Below are positions 1-10,016 of a stretch of DNA of 64,000 nucleotides, piece by piece (the stretch's first letter is position 1; each line of letters opens with the position of its first letter). The notes below the pieces were generated by a model. That model was not told the DNA's origin. It saw only the letters and a program-made list of their open reading frames with translations, and ran no database searches. This stretch comes from Candidatus Methanoperedenaceae archaeon (lineage in GTDB: Archaea > Halobacteriota > Methanosarcinia > Methanosarcinales > Methanoperedenaceae), in NCBI GenBank assembly GCA_963753595.1, contig CAVWCX010000036.1, positions 64,001-128,000 of the forward strand, written 5' to 3'. The translations under genes were made by a program, and so were the position numbers.

Positions 1-123
1 AAGAAGAGAGCGGAACAATTAAGTGAAATAGTTGATGCCCTCTGATAAAAGAGAATACCATCTCTTTTATCTTATAAATATTTCATAATGAAATATTTAA
101 TAATGCTTTAAAAGCATACATTT

Positions 124-208
124 GCGGAGGTTGCCCAGACAGGTCAAAGGCGCCAGCTTGAGGGGCTGGTTTCGAAGGAATTCGTGGGTTCAAATCCCAT
201 CCTCCGCA
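124..208 (+). tRNA. tRNA-Leu (anticodon GAG)
   Basis: GCGGAGG...CCTCCGCA acceptor stem, anticodon arm CCAGC-TTGAGGG-GCTGG, long variable arm, GGTTCAAATCC T-loop. Confidence 0.95.
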
Positions 209-228
209 TTAAAATCTTTTTAACGCAT

Positions 229-405
229 TTATCTTTTGTGTAATTTCATTTCATAATCTATGAAGCACGAGATCATTGTCCTGTATATCTTCTCCACAAT
301 ATCAGGGTCAAGATCATGTTCAACGGCAATGCCTCTTACTTTTGATATTACTTCCTCCACGCGCGATGGAGCTTTGACATCCTGCGTAGTTTTCTTGAAT
401 TTGAC
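229..405 (-). pseudogene. C-terminal half of chorismate mutase (PchB/CM_2-like), separated from its N-terminus
   Basis: Manual translation VKFKKTTQDVKAPSRVEEVISKVRGIAVEHDLDPDIVEKIYRTMISCFIDYEMKLHKR*; no start codon; matching N-terminus at 4933. Confidence 0.8.
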
Positions 406-406
406 A

Positions 407-1105
407 CTACTTCGGCTTCATGATGAAAATTCCAGTAAGGATGCTCTCGATCTGGGCTTTGTTTTTTAGCATGTGCTCATGGTCGGTAGTTACAAAGCAG
501 ACGTTATCTTTGATATATTTATTTTTCACAAAATACGAATCCAGTACCACAAACACATCGTTTTCATAGTTAATTACTTTAAGAAGTCGGGTGCTTTCAT
601 CAACATAGCAGCTTCGATAATCAGGCGGGCAGTCGTCATATCTACATACTGCTGCTTTAGGATCTGAATTACAGTCCCTGTCTATGGAATTTATCGCTAC
701 CATGAAAGCATCTATTATTGCCTTTCTGAAATCACCGAACTCTCTTTCCCCACCCAGAGCCGTATTTCTGATCTCCATGAAATTTATTTCAACGAATGAG
801 TTCAGTATTTTGCTTTCTTTCTCTCCAAGAGTGCCACTGAATCTCCTGGTAAAGGTTCTTATTATTTGGTCAAGACGCATCGGGTCCGGGGATTTGTTGA
901 ATTCTTCGTAGAACCTCTTCAAGTACTTCAAGATAAGACCCCTGCTTCTTTCAAATACTCCCCGGCTCTCATAATAGACCCGTTTGCTGGTATGTCTTCG
1001 AATGCCTTCAAGTGACATATAGCGAGTTGTGCTGTTGTACTGCCTATCCCAGCTTATACGAGAACCGACCAGGATATTGGCATCTAAAAAATGGTCTTTG
1101 AACAT
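407..1105 (-). CDS. PIN-domain protein (putative toxin)
   Basis: N-terminal HFLDANIL and C-terminal FVTTD acidic PIN motifs; directly downstream of a SocA-like gene. Confidence 0.65.
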   Translation of the reverse strand: MFKDHFLDANILVGSRISWDRQYNSTTRYMSLEGIRRHTSKRVYYESRGVFERSRGLILKYLKRFYEEFNKSPDPMRLDQIIRTFTRRFSGTLGEKESKILNSFVEINFMEIRNTALGGEREFGDFRKAIIDAFMVAINSIDRDCNSDPKAAVCRYDDCPPDYRSCYVDESTRLLKVINYENDVFVVLDSYFVKNKYIKDNVCFVTTDHEHMLKNKAQIESILTGIFIMKPK

Positions 1106-1120
1106 CTATGGATGATGCTC

Positions 1121-2065
1121 CTATGCCAGATAGCCATCAATAACAGAGGACAGGATATTTTTGGACTGATCTCCAGGAGATCCGGTAAACAATCTGGCTG
1201 GCTCTATCTCGGTCAAAACTCCTGAACTGAAATTATCGATATGAGTATAAAAGGTGGTCAGTGATTTGTTATAAAGAGGTTCCCATTTATCCATTCGGTC
1301 ATTATAATATTTATCGTGGCCCACATCCAGGATCCTGATCCCTTTCGTAAAGGTAAGCCAGGTTACTTCGGCTGTGTGAAGGACCTCCTCATCCAGGTAC
1401 AGCAGATTATCACCATTATTCCTGATGTGATCAAATACCCTGGACGCTCCTGTTACAAATGAGGAAAATGAGGCATTGAATGATCTGAAAAGGGGTGCAG
1501 AGGGAAGTTCAGCCTCGCAATCATAGAGGATCTCCTCAAGTTTATCAACATCAGGATAAATACCTGAGAACTTATCAAGAGTCTGCTGCCCGGAAGATAC
1601 TATTTCCACGTAACCCTCCATGACATTCAGAAAATCCATCTTGAACAGAGGCATAAAAGCGCACGGTGCGTGCTTTCTATAAAGTTCATCCACAAATGAA
1701 TTAAAATGAAAGAAGTCCACATGGTTAACTATTGAACTCAGTTTCTTCCTGGCTTCCTCAAAGTCATCTACCTCAGGCATTGGTATCTTTTTCTCAAGTC
1801 CCAGTATTGTTTTTTCTTCTGAGGTCGTGTATTCTTTTAATATGCCTTCCTGCTTCAGCGCGCCTATGTTGGCTTCAATAACATCTGAAAAAGGGCCGTA
1901 ATTATACCAGTAGAATGGAAGGTGTTCTCTTATGGTGCTATCTTCAGGGAGTTCAACTTTGAGCTTGAATAAAACTTTGTGGATAGCGTATTTAGCTAAT
2001 TTCATGTCCTTTTTCTTAGAAAAGATCTGGCTGATAAGACCGGTTATCACTTCATCTTGAAGCAT
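1121..2065 (-). CDS. Panacea/SocA (DUF4065)-like antitoxin with C-terminal extension
   Basis: IHKVLFKL...FYWYNYGPFS motif typical of SocA/Panacea. Confidence 0.6.
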   Translation of the reverse strand: MLQDEVITGLISQIFSKKKDMKLAKYAIHKVLFKLKVELPEDSTIREHLPFYWYNYGPFSDVIEANIGALKQEGILKEYTTSEEKTILGLEKKIPMPEVDDFEEARKKLSSIVNHVDFFHFNSFVDELYRKHAPCAFMPLFKMDFLNVMEGYVEIVSSGQQTLDKFSGIYPDVDKLEEILYDCEAELPSAPLFRSFNASFSSFVTGASRVFDHIRNNGDNLLYLDEEVLHTAEVTWLTFTKGIRILDVGHDKYYNDRMDKWEPLYNKSLTTFYTHIDNFSSGVLTEIEPARLFTGSPGDQSKNILSSVIDGYLA

Positions 2066-2101
2066 TATAAGTTAATTTTCCTTATTAGTACATATAATTA
2101 T

Positions 2102-2200
2102 GCGAACTTCGGCACATGGTGCGTTGCTTTTGTATCTGTGAGCGATCCTGGCGGTGATGGTCGTGGTCTTGCCTGTGCCAGCAAAGATCAGGGGAGGTGA
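2102..2200 (-). pseudogene. remnant of UvrD/PcrA-type helicase N-terminus
   Basis: Reverse strand reads SPPLIFAGTGKTTTITARIAH, resembling the UvrD Walker A region AGAGxGKTxTLxxRIAxL. Confidence 0.55.
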
Positions 2201-2218
2201 GTCTAAACTTCTTTCATA

Positions 2219-3664
2219 TTATTCGTCCAAATCTGCATCTTTTTTCAATATACCTGAGAATTGGAAAATGAAATTATGAAATTCTTTCTTTTCAAGCAAT
2301 TTCAATTGATCGAATGCTTTTCTTAACAAAGTCGTATATCTTTTCAATAATTCGGAGTGAAAATCGTCTGATGGTAAATCTTTAAGCATCATATTAAACT
2401 GGCTGTTATAGGTTATAATGTCCATATCTGCAATATCCAATTGGACCTTTGAAATCTCTTGTTTCACTTCAGATAATGTGGATAACTCACCTATACGTTT
2501 GAAAGACAGTAATTCCCCATACAATCCATCGGAAAATGAAACAGTGTTATGGTCATCGATGTCAAAATGTTGTATTGGTTTATTTCTCTTTCTAACAACA
2601 AGGTCATTTACTTTAGTTTCCTTTTCCTGTTGAAAGTTAAAAAGATCGAAAATCTTTTCTGGTACGTCTATATATGAAATTACTTTACATTTCATCTGAG
2701 AATGGAAATTAACCGGATTTGCGCTTGGTGCTGTATTCATAGGAATGATTATTGGAGGCACTGTTGGATCATAATATATCATCCCATTTATATTAGTTTC
2801 AATAGAGCGATTTACTTGTTGAATATCATTAATACTTTCAGTACTAGCATATACAACTATAGCATTTCTAAATGACATATTCAATAAATCCGATAAAGAT
2901 TTAAAGAGCATCAAAATCAAGTAACGTTTTGTCTTTTGATGGAATTTAATTACTTCTTCTGGAAGGTGTTTTGGAAGGTCTGCAAAAAGGACATCTCCTT
3001 TTTTTGGTTTATAATCCGTCGGACTTAAACATAGAACGAGTAAGCAAGAGTCTATATTCTCAACATCTTTTTCTAAAGGATCTGCCGATAAATTGGACAA
3101 AAAGTTCAAGCTATCTTTTAGAGATGGATCATAAGGCACTGTAGATTTGAGATTTTTTAAATTGTCCATGTATCTTGTTATACCGGTTCTTTCAGAGCTA
3201 TCTATATTCTTTAGAATAATTCCTGCTTCAGCATTGAAATCTTCAATGGCAAAATGAGTGATATTAGCCGAACCAATATAGAATAAGTTATCATCCAATG
3301 AAGGATTAAGAGCAATAATCTTTGAATGTATCATTGGCAGAAATCTGTTTATCGCAGTATGAGATTTATTCAATCTTCCCAATCCAAGATTTATGAATAA
3401 CTTATTTTTATATTCCGGCATCAAATAGAGTTCGTCAAATATTTCAGCACATTCAACCGTTAAACGACCGACAACGATGTATTCAATCTTTTTTCCGTTG
3501 TCTTTAATATTTTTTTCATCAGGACCGAATATCTTTTCAAATCCTTCCCTTGTTAGAAAACCGCTGATTATTTTTATATTATTGATTGAAGGTAACACGG
3601 TCTTTATCTCATCGGAAAGTTTCTTCGATCTTCGCCCCTGGCTTAAGAAATGGGTGATTGTCAT
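2219..3664 (-). CDS. phospholipase D-family (NgoFVII-like) nuclease
   Basis: ISGF, HSK and YIGSANIT...NAEAG PLD-nuclease motifs; AT-rich. Confidence 0.75.
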   Translation of the reverse strand: MTITHFLSQGRRSKKLSDEIKTVLPSINNIKIISGFLTREGFEKIFGPDEKNIKDNGKKIEYIVVGRLTVECAEIFDELYLMPEYKNKLFINLGLGRLNKSHTAINRFLPMIHSKIIALNPSLDDNLFYIGSANITHFAIEDFNAEAGIILKNIDSSERTGITRYMDNLKNLKSTVPYDPSLKDSLNFLSNLSADPLEKDVENIDSCLLVLCLSPTDYKPKKGDVLFADLPKHLPEEVIKFHQKTKRYLILMLFKSLSDLLNMSFRNAIVVYASTESINDIQQVNRSIETNINGMIYYDPTVPPIIIPMNTAPSANPVNFHSQMKCKVISYIDVPEKIFDLFNFQQEKETKVNDLVVRKRNKPIQHFDIDDHNTVSFSDGLYGELLSFKRIGELSTLSEVKQEISKVQLDIADMDIITYNSQFNMMLKDLPSDDFHSELLKRYTTLLRKAFDQLKLLEKKEFHNFIFQFSGILKKDADLDE

Positions 3665-3665
3665 A

Positions 3666-4325
3666 TCAAATCAATCCTTGCTCTTTCATACTTGTATGGC
3701 CCTTTTTTGAAACTATAATATGATCATGTATTTTTATTCCAAGTAATTCTCCCGCCATGATCAGTCTTTTTGTCAATTCAATATCATCCTTACTCGGTTC
3801 ATTGTTTCCGCTTGGGTGATTGTGTACAAGAATAACAGAAGCAGCATGATCCTTCAATACGTCAGAAAAGATCTCTCTTGGGTGAACATAGTTAAAATTC
3901 ATTAGACCTACCGTTATTATTCGCTTTTCGATTATTTCATTAGCTCCATTTAATGAGATACAAATAAAATGTTCTTGTTTTTTATCGCAAATGTCCCTTA
4001 CGAAAGGGAGTACATCTTCAGGAAAGGTTATCTTAACATCTTTTTTTCCAAAATATCGCCTTGCAAGTTCGAAGCTGGAAAGTATTTGGCAAGCTTTTAC
4101 TTCTCCGATTCCCTTGATATTTCTTAACTCGTTGTATTCAATTTTATCAAGTTTATCTCCATACCGAGTATTAATATCTAAAGCGACCTGAAGCACATCT
4201 TTCTTCGAATATCCTTTACCGATGAGCACAGCGAGTAATTCAACATCAGAAAGCGATGAAGCCCCGTTACGTATAAGCTTCTCGCGAGGCTTATCCATCT
4301 CTGGAAGGTCGGATATTTTTTTCAT
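3666..4325 (-). CDS. radC: RadC family JAB/MPN protein
   Basis: KPREKL...LSDVELLA, HhH KGIG, HNHPSG...PSKDD, DHII. Confidence 0.95.
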   Translation of the reverse strand: MKKISDLPEMDKPREKLIRNGASSLSDVELLAVLIGKGYSKKDVLQVALDINTRYGDKLDKIEYNELRNIKGIGEVKACQILSSFELARRYFGKKDVKITFPEDVLPFVRDICDKKQEHFICISLNGANEIIEKRIITVGLMNFNYVHPREIFSDVLKDHAASVILVHNHPSGNNEPSKDDIELTKRLIMAGELLGIKIHDHIIVSKKGHTSMKEQGLI

Positions 4326-4933
4326 ATCCTCTTCTTTTTCCTAATCTTCCCACCCTCCAACTTTGCCTTTTGTTCCAGAATCCGCTTCAACAGCTCTTCT
4401 GCTGGTTCATCGTTCGCGTCTGGCTCCACCAGTTCCCCTCGAAAAGCCTTGGCAAGAACCGATTGCTCGATTTTTTCAACTCGTTCCATGGCTTTCTCAT
4501 ATTTGGCTTTTAGGGAATCAGCGAGAGAAAAGAGTTTTTCAACGCGAGAAACAATTTCATGCTGTTCTTCAGAAGGAGGTAATACAAATGGTAATTCCCT
4601 TACTCGATCACAGTTCAATGCTTGTGGCCCAGTGCCACTTCCGACATTCCTGTTATTATTATAATTCGAAATGAACCATAGTTGGAGAAATTCTGGGACA
4701 ATTAGTTCATTATCAGTTATAATCCCTGCAATGTTCTGGTTGATTGTAGCATCAATATCAAGAATTGAACTCTGTCCTCGAGTTTTTCCTTCACCGATCA
4801 TTGCAATCAAGACTGTACCTTTGGGTAGAAGTTTAACGGAAGAGTTATCAAAACCCTTCTTTGTAATATATTCATCGACCCCGTTAATGTTCTCGCGTAC
4901 TTCTTCTATGCTTTTACATACTGACAAATTCAT
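4322..4933 (-). pseudogene. chimeric ORF: chorismate mutase N-terminus fused in frame to the C-terminal part of a type I restriction HsdS subunit
   Basis: MNLSVCKSIEEVRENINGVD is CM-like; ITKKG..NSS..LPKGTVLIAM, NQ, LPPSEEQHEIV, SVLAKAFRGEL are HsdS motifs. Confidence 0.8.
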
Positions 4934-4991
4934 TTCTCCTTAGTGCATAAATAAATCTATTTTCTTATTACCATCATCTCATTTGCGTTTT

Positions 4992-5645
4992 TCATAAATT
5001 CATAACCAACTCTGTTAATGATATCTTCAGATTCCTGAAATCCTCATCGTGTATAAGAAGTTCAATATATCCTGATCTGATTCCTTTAAAATTCACTATT
5101 GGAAAAATGCGAATTTCCCTGGAACTAATTCTTAAAAGTTCCAGTATTGTTTTCTTGTGAAAATCATAATCCAGTTTGTCTTCATAAAGAAATAATAAAT
5201 GGGATACGAGAGACATAGTAAATTGTCCATCCCTGAAATCCGTTGCGGGATATTCGACAGGTCTATATCTTTTTAGCCCATATTTTTTGAAATCTTCCAG
5301 GAATGATCGATATGCTTTTTCCCTCTGTGCTTTCAGTGATTGGATATCCTTAAAAAAATCCCATAGATAAATATCAGCGATAGCTGGCATCTGTTCTATA
5401 ACCGAGTCAAGGTCCTGTGCACATTTAGTCTCAATTTCATCAGCATGAAGGAAATATATTTTGTCAGAAGCGGTGACATTGAATCCTTTTGAATTTGCTT
5501 CTGCACAGAAAGAACTCACACCCGATGCTGCATCAAGCAAGGTTTCATTTTTCAGCAATTCATTATCGAGGTCGAACATCTTATAATATTCTTCAAATGT
5601 TCTTCCCATAAGGACGACAGTTTTCAAATCCAGGTGCTTATTCAT
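4992..5645 (-). CDS. class I SAM-dependent methyltransferase (probable frameshift near C-terminus)
   Basis: GRTFEEYYKMF, LLDAASGVSSF, SHLLFLY, EIRIFP; family-like tail YEFMKNANEM is in another frame ending at 4957. Confidence 0.75.
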   Translation of the reverse strand: MNKHLDLKTVVLMGRTFEEYYKMFDLDNELLKNETLLDAASGVSSFCAEANSKGFNVTASDKIYFLHADEIETKCAQDLDSVIEQMPAIADIYLWDFFKDIQSLKAQREKAYRSFLEDFKKYGLKRYRPVEYPATDFRDGQFTMSLVSHLLFLYEDKLDYDFHKKTILELLRISSREIRIFPIVNFKGIRSGYIELLIHDEDFRNLKISLTELVMNL

Positions 5646-6522
5646 CTAAGAATTCTCCCCTTGCGACCATCTGCACCTTTCCGCCAACCAGTACCTCGAT
5701 TTCCCCCACCTTTTCTTCCCCTCTTAAATAGATCAATGATGGTCTTCCTATTTCATACCCCTGCTCAACCCGTATATCGATTTTCTTGCTTTTTAAATAA
5801 TTGTATTTCACAAGATATCCTGCAAGGCAGCCGTTCCCGCTTCCTGTGGCAGGGTCTTCGGGTACACCATAATATTGCGCAAAAACCCTGACGTTTAAGT
5901 CATTTTCCGACTTTATCGTTTCAGGGCAGAAAACCAGAAGCGCTTTTGCGTCCGAATCTCTTATTAATCCAAAGTATTTTTCACTGTTGATCCTGCTCTT
6001 TTTCAAAGCCTCCAGGGTCTTAAGGGGAACTATGATGAATGGCAATCCTGTTGAAACTTCCTGTACCGGGTACATGTGATCAATGTCTGAGACCTCGACA
6101 TTCAAAACGTTTGAGATTTCATCAGAATTCAAAATCCTTCCGAATATCGGTGGCATCTGTTTCATCCACAAAACTCCCCTGGTATCATTGAGATTCAGGG
6201 GGATCTGCCCGATCTTCAAATTAAGGATTATCGTTTCGACAGGCTTTTTAATTATCTCATGTTGTATTACATAAGCAGTCCCCAGCGTTGGGTGTCCCGC
6301 AAAGGGAACCTCTTCTTTCGGGGTAAATATTCTAACATCATAACCGCCATTTCTCATTTCATTTGACAGAATAAAGGTTGTTTCAGAAAAGTTGATCTCC
6401 CTGGCAATCTGTTGCATCCTGGTATCTGAAAGTCCATCAGCATCTTTCACAACAGCAAGCTGATTGCCAGTTAATTTCTCTTCTGCAAATACATCCACTA
6501 TGTAAAAGATAAGATTTCCCAT
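5638..6522 (-). CDS. PhzF family isomerase
   Basis: VDVF..GNQLAV, NFSETTF, EVPFAGHPT, EDPATGS. Confidence 0.95.
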   Translation of the reverse strand: MGNLIFYIVDVFAEEKLTGNQLAVVKDADGLSDTRMQQIAREINFSETTFILSNEMRNGGYDVRIFTPKEEVPFAGHPTLGTAYVIQHEIIKKPVETIILNLKIGQIPLNLNDTRGVLWMKQMPPIFGRILNSDEISNVLNVEVSDIDHMYPVQEVSTGLPFIIVPLKTLEALKKSRINSEKYFGLIRDSDAKALLVFCPETIKSENDLNVRVFAQYYGVPEDPATGSGNGCLAGYLVKYNYLKSKKIDIRVEQGYEIGRPSLIYLRGEEKVGEIEVLVGGKVQMVARGEFLDE

Positions 6523-6538
6523 TTTCTTTTGATTTTGC

Positions 6539-8203
6539 TTATTGTATCACAGCGCCTTTATCCGCTGACCCTACCATTTTCTGGTAGCGTGCCAGATAAC
6601 CTTTTGTGACTTTTGGCGCCGGGGGTTTCCATGATCCTTGCCTTTTCTCAAACTCTTCTTTTGAGATCCCAAGGTTCAATATACGCCCTGGTATATCGAT
6701 TTCGATCGTATCTCCTTCCCTGACAAGAGCTATTGGGCCTCCTACTGCCGCTTCAGGTGATACATGACCTATGCAGGGCCCGCGTGTTCCGCCCGAGAAC
6801 CTGCCATCCGTGATGAGCGCAACCGAATCAATAAGTCCCATACCGGCTATTGCTGCTGTAGGAGAAAGCATCTCTCGCATTCCCGGACCGCCTTTTGGTC
6901 CCTCATACCTGATCACAAGGCAATCGCCCTGTTTGATCTTCTTAGCCATTATGGCTGCCATTGCCTGTTCTTCACTGTCAAAAACCCGGGCGGGTCCGGA
7001 ATGTTTTAGCATTTTCTGGCTGACTGCGGTCTGTTTTACCACAGATCCATCAGGAGCAAGGCTTCCCCGCAATACGGCGATCCCGCCTTCTGCATGAACG
7101 GGGGAATCAAGGGTTGCGATGATCTCCTTATTTGAGCGCGGATTTATGATTATGTATTCCTTCAGGTTTTCATCGAGATTTTTTCCTGTTACTGTCAATG
7201 TATCCAGGTAAAGTTTTGATCGCAGGCGTTCCTGTATCGCTGGCACACCACCTGCACGTTCAAAGTCAATAAGGAATCTATTCCCGCCGGGCCGCAGATT
7301 GATCAGGTGCGGTGTCTCCCTGCTGATATCATCAAACTTTGAAAGCGGGAGAGTAAGGCCGTATTCCAGCGCAATTGCCGGCAGGTGCAGTGCAGTATTT
7401 GAGCTTCCTCCGATTGCCATATCAATGCGAATCGCATTGTCAAGTGACTCCTGTGTGACAATGTTTCGTGCTGTTATTCCCTTTTCAACAAGTTCAAGTA
7501 TCTTCATGCCTGAATGCTTTGCTATCCGTACTTTTTTTGCATCCACAGCATGAGCAGTTCCACATCCTGGAAGGCTCAAGCCAAGCGCTTCGGTAACGCA
7601 CGCCATCGTATTTGCAGTGAAAAGGCCGGCGCATGACCCGGCTCCGCAGCAGGAGCAATCTTCAAGGTTCTTTAGCTCTTGGTCTGATATCTTATTATTC
7701 TGGCGCGCTCCAACGGCCTCGAACAGTGATATTACATCGCGGGGCTCATCACCCACAATTCCAGGCATCATAGGCCCGCCAGTTACAACTATCGCAGGTA
7801 TATCAAGACGCCCGGCAGCCATTATATGTCCCGGGACTATCTTATCGCATGTTGGGATCATGACCATTCCGTCGAACTGGTGTGCTTCCACCATCATTTC
7901 GATGCTGTCTGCTATTATTTCCCTGCTCGGGAGGGAGTTCTTCATACCAGTATGCCCCATTGCTATTCCATCGCATACTCCGATCGTGTTAAATTCAAAT
8001 GGCACGCCGCCAGCCATTCGAATTCCTGCTTTTACCCCCTCAGCAAGCTTATCAAGATGAATGTGGCCGGGTATAACCTCATTCCATGAATTCACTACCC
8101 CAATAAAAGGCAAAGACATTTCTTCATCTGTCAACCCGACTGCTTTTAATAAAGACCTGTGTGGGGCGCGCTCAAGTCCTTTTTTGATATTGTCGCTTCT
8201 CAT
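6539..8203 (-). CDS. ilvD: dihydroxy-acid dehydratase
   Basis: [39 protein letters not shown]. Confidence 0.97.
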   Translation of the reverse strand: MRSDNIKKGLERAPHRSLLKAVGLTDEEMSLPFIGVVNSWNEVIPGHIHLDKLAEGVKAGIRMAGGVPFEFNTIGVCDGIAMGHTGMKNSLPSREIIADSIEMMVEAHQFDGMVMIPTCDKIVPGHIMAAGRLDIPAIVVTGGPMMPGIVGDEPRDVISLFEAVGARQNNKISDQELKNLEDCSCCGAGSCAGLFTANTMACVTEALGLSLPGCGTAHAVDAKKVRIAKHSGMKILELVEKGITARNIVTQESLDNAIRIDMAIGGSSNTALHLPAIALEYGLTLPLSKFDDISRETPHLINLRPGGNRFLIDFERAGGVPAIQERLRSKLYLDTLTVTGKNLDENLKEYIIINPRSNKEIIATLDSPVHAEGGIAVLRGSLAPDGSVVKQTAVSQKMLKHSGPARVFDSEEQAMAAIMAKKIKQGDCLVIRYEGPKGGPGMREMLSPTAAIAGMGLIDSVALITDGRFSGGTRGPCIGHVSPEAAVGGPIALVREGDTIEIDIPGRILNLGISKEEFEKRQGSWKPPAPKVTKGYLARYQKMVGSADKGAVIQ

Positions 8204-8262
8204 GATACCCCTGTGTAGATGACCTCAAATATTTTAAATATACCGCTGGCATATCGCCAGCC

Positions 8263-8296
8263 AAAAAAAGAAAATCCGGCAAAAATATTGCCGGAT
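8263..8296 (-). terminator. hairpin plus T-run downstream of ftsZ
   Basis: ATCCGGCAA-N5-TTGCCGGAT followed by TTTCTTTTTTT on the minus strand. Confidence 0.55.
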
Positions 8297-8423
8297 CTAT
8301 GCCTTCGTTACCCTTTTGTCGAAATTGCAGGATACACCGTGCTCGCACGCACGTATCTCTGCACAAGCGGTCGTGATAATGCGCACAACACAATTTTCAT
8401 TTGAGTGCTTGCATTTCATGTAA

Positions 8424-9584
8424 TCACAGGATCTGGTCTATTATTGAGCCCCTGTTCCTGCTATTGTTCCTGGTAGCCGCTACAGCCACTTTGATCTTCT
8501 CTTCAACCGAAGAAGCGCTGTTTCTCATTGGCATGCTGTCTCCCTTTGGCCCCATGATCTGGGCTGAGTGGATACCTGTCATGATCGCCATGCAGCGTAC
8601 CTTGCCCTCGTATTCCTTCTTTACTCTTGCTCCCCAGATAACGTTTGCATGGGAGTCAAGTTCATAAGTCAGGGATGAAGCGATCTGTTCGGCCTCATGG
8701 AGTGACATATCAGTTCCGCCGGTTATGTGGAGCAGGCAGCCTGTTGCGCCCTTTGTATCCACATCAAGCAGCGGGTGATTCAAGGCAGCTCTTACTACTT
8801 CCTTTGCCTTATCCTGTCCCTTTGCCTCACCGACAAGCATTACTGCAAGTCCTCCGCCCTTCATTATAGCCCTGACATCTGCGTAGTCAAGGTTTATCAA
8901 TGATGGCTGGGTGATAGTTTCGGTAATACCTTTTACGGTCTCAGATATCAACTGGTCCATTACTGAAAATGCCTGGTCAATCGGGAGATTCGGGACATAA
9001 TCAAGCAGCCTGTTGTTATCAAGGACTATTACGGTATCTGCTGCTTTTCTCAGTTCGTCCAAACCTTCCTCAGCCTTGAACATTCTTGAGCGCTCTACCT
9101 TGAATGGGCTTGTGACCATTCCGATAACTATTGCGCCCTGGTCTTTTGCTACCTGTGCAACTACTGGTGCAACGCCTGTTCCTGTTCCGCCACCCATTCC
9201 TGCTGTGACAAATACTAAGTTTGCATCCTTAAGTACATCTTCAAGTGTTCCCCTTGCAAGTTCCGCGGCTCTTCTACCAACTTCCGGGAACCCGCCTGCG
9301 CCCAATCCCCTTGTTATTGATTTGCCGATCAAGATCTTCTTATCTGCCTGGATGATATCCAGGTGGATCTTATCTGTGTTTATTGCGATAGTATCTGCGC
9401 CTGCAACGCCGATGTTATAAAGACGGTTCACTGTATTATTGCCGCCTCCGCCGCATCCGACTACTACGATCTTTGGTGTTCCAAATTCATCAATCTCTTC
9501 AGACGAGCCGCATGCTGCCTGCTTGAAACTGGTTTCCTTTTCCTTAAATTTTAATGCGTCCTGTACAAATGATTCCATATTCAT
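8424..9584 (-). CDS. ftsZ: cell division protein FtsZ (FtsZ2-type, cdrS-linked)
   Basis: [15 protein letters not shown] tubulin signature, INLDYADV. Confidence 0.97.
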   Translation of the reverse strand: MNMESFVQDALKFKEKETSFKQAACGSSEEIDEFGTPKIVVVGCGGGGNNTVNRLYNIGVAGADTIAINTDKIHLDIIQADKKILIGKSITRGLGAGGFPEVGRRAAELARGTLEDVLKDANLVFVTAGMGGGTGTGVAPVVAQVAKDQGAIVIGMVTSPFKVERSRMFKAEEGLDELRKAADTVIVLDNNRLLDYVPNLPIDQAFSVMDQLISETVKGITETITQPSLINLDYADVRAIMKGGGLAVMLVGEAKGQDKAKEVVRAALNHPLLDVDTKGATGCLLHITGGTDMSLHEAEQIASSLTYELDSHANVIWGARVKKEYEGKVRCMAIMTGIHSAQIMGPKGDSMPMRNSASSVEEKIKVAVAATRNNSRNRGSIIDQIL

Positions 9585-9588
9585 CCCC

Positions 9589-9837
9589 TCAGATGATTTT
9601 TTTATATTCCTTCTCTTGTTCCTCTTTTAAGCGTAAGAATGACTCTGCATTCTTTGACTGCTCTTTTGCTTTATCGAACAATTGCATCCTGCCAACCAAT
9701 TTTTCACTTCGTTGATCGATTAGGTCTCTTATAGCCGTCCTGATTGCTTCGCTAGCGGACGGAAATTCGCCAAACTCAACTAACATGTCGATCATTTTTA
9801 ATTGCTGTTCCGGGAGCCTTAGTGTTACTCTTTGCAT
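9589..9837 (-). CDS. cdrS: ribbon-helix-helix regulator CdrS
   Basis: MQRVTLRLP...[16 protein letters not shown]; conserved position upstream of ftsZ. Confidence 0.85.
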   Translation of the reverse strand: MQRVTLRLPEQQLKMIDMLVEFGEFPSASEAIRTAIRDLIDQRSEKLVGRMQLFDKAKEQSKNAESFLRLKEEQEKEYKKII

Positions 9838-9942
9838 ATTTTGGTAACTCCCTGTGGGAGGTTTGATGAACCCTGAGATTTTTCGTAATTTTAGACGGGT
9901 TCATCAAAGTTGCTTACAAGTGTACGCCTTTTGTGCGCCAGA

Positions 9943-9989
9943 TGTATGACGTTTGTCTGACACAATGTCTGACGCAAAGATATATAAAA
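9943..9989 (-). promoter_or_regulatory. cdrS-ftsZ promoter: TATA box followed by three TGTMTGAC direct repeats
   Basis: TGTATGAC at 9943, TGTCTGAC at 9954 and 9966; TTTTATATA (minus strand) at 9981-9989. Confidence 0.55.
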
Positions 9990-10016
9990 GTATCGATTAA
10001 ATAAAGTCATCATAGA

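Noticed and set aside
229-409. Amber (pyrrolysine) readthrough from PIN into the CM fragment
   Set aside because: The CM fragment is offset by one base from the TAG frame
124-4933. tRNA-Leu-integrated island
   Set aside because: No duplicated tRNA 3' end or integrase seen; the boundaries fall inside the chorismate mutase gene
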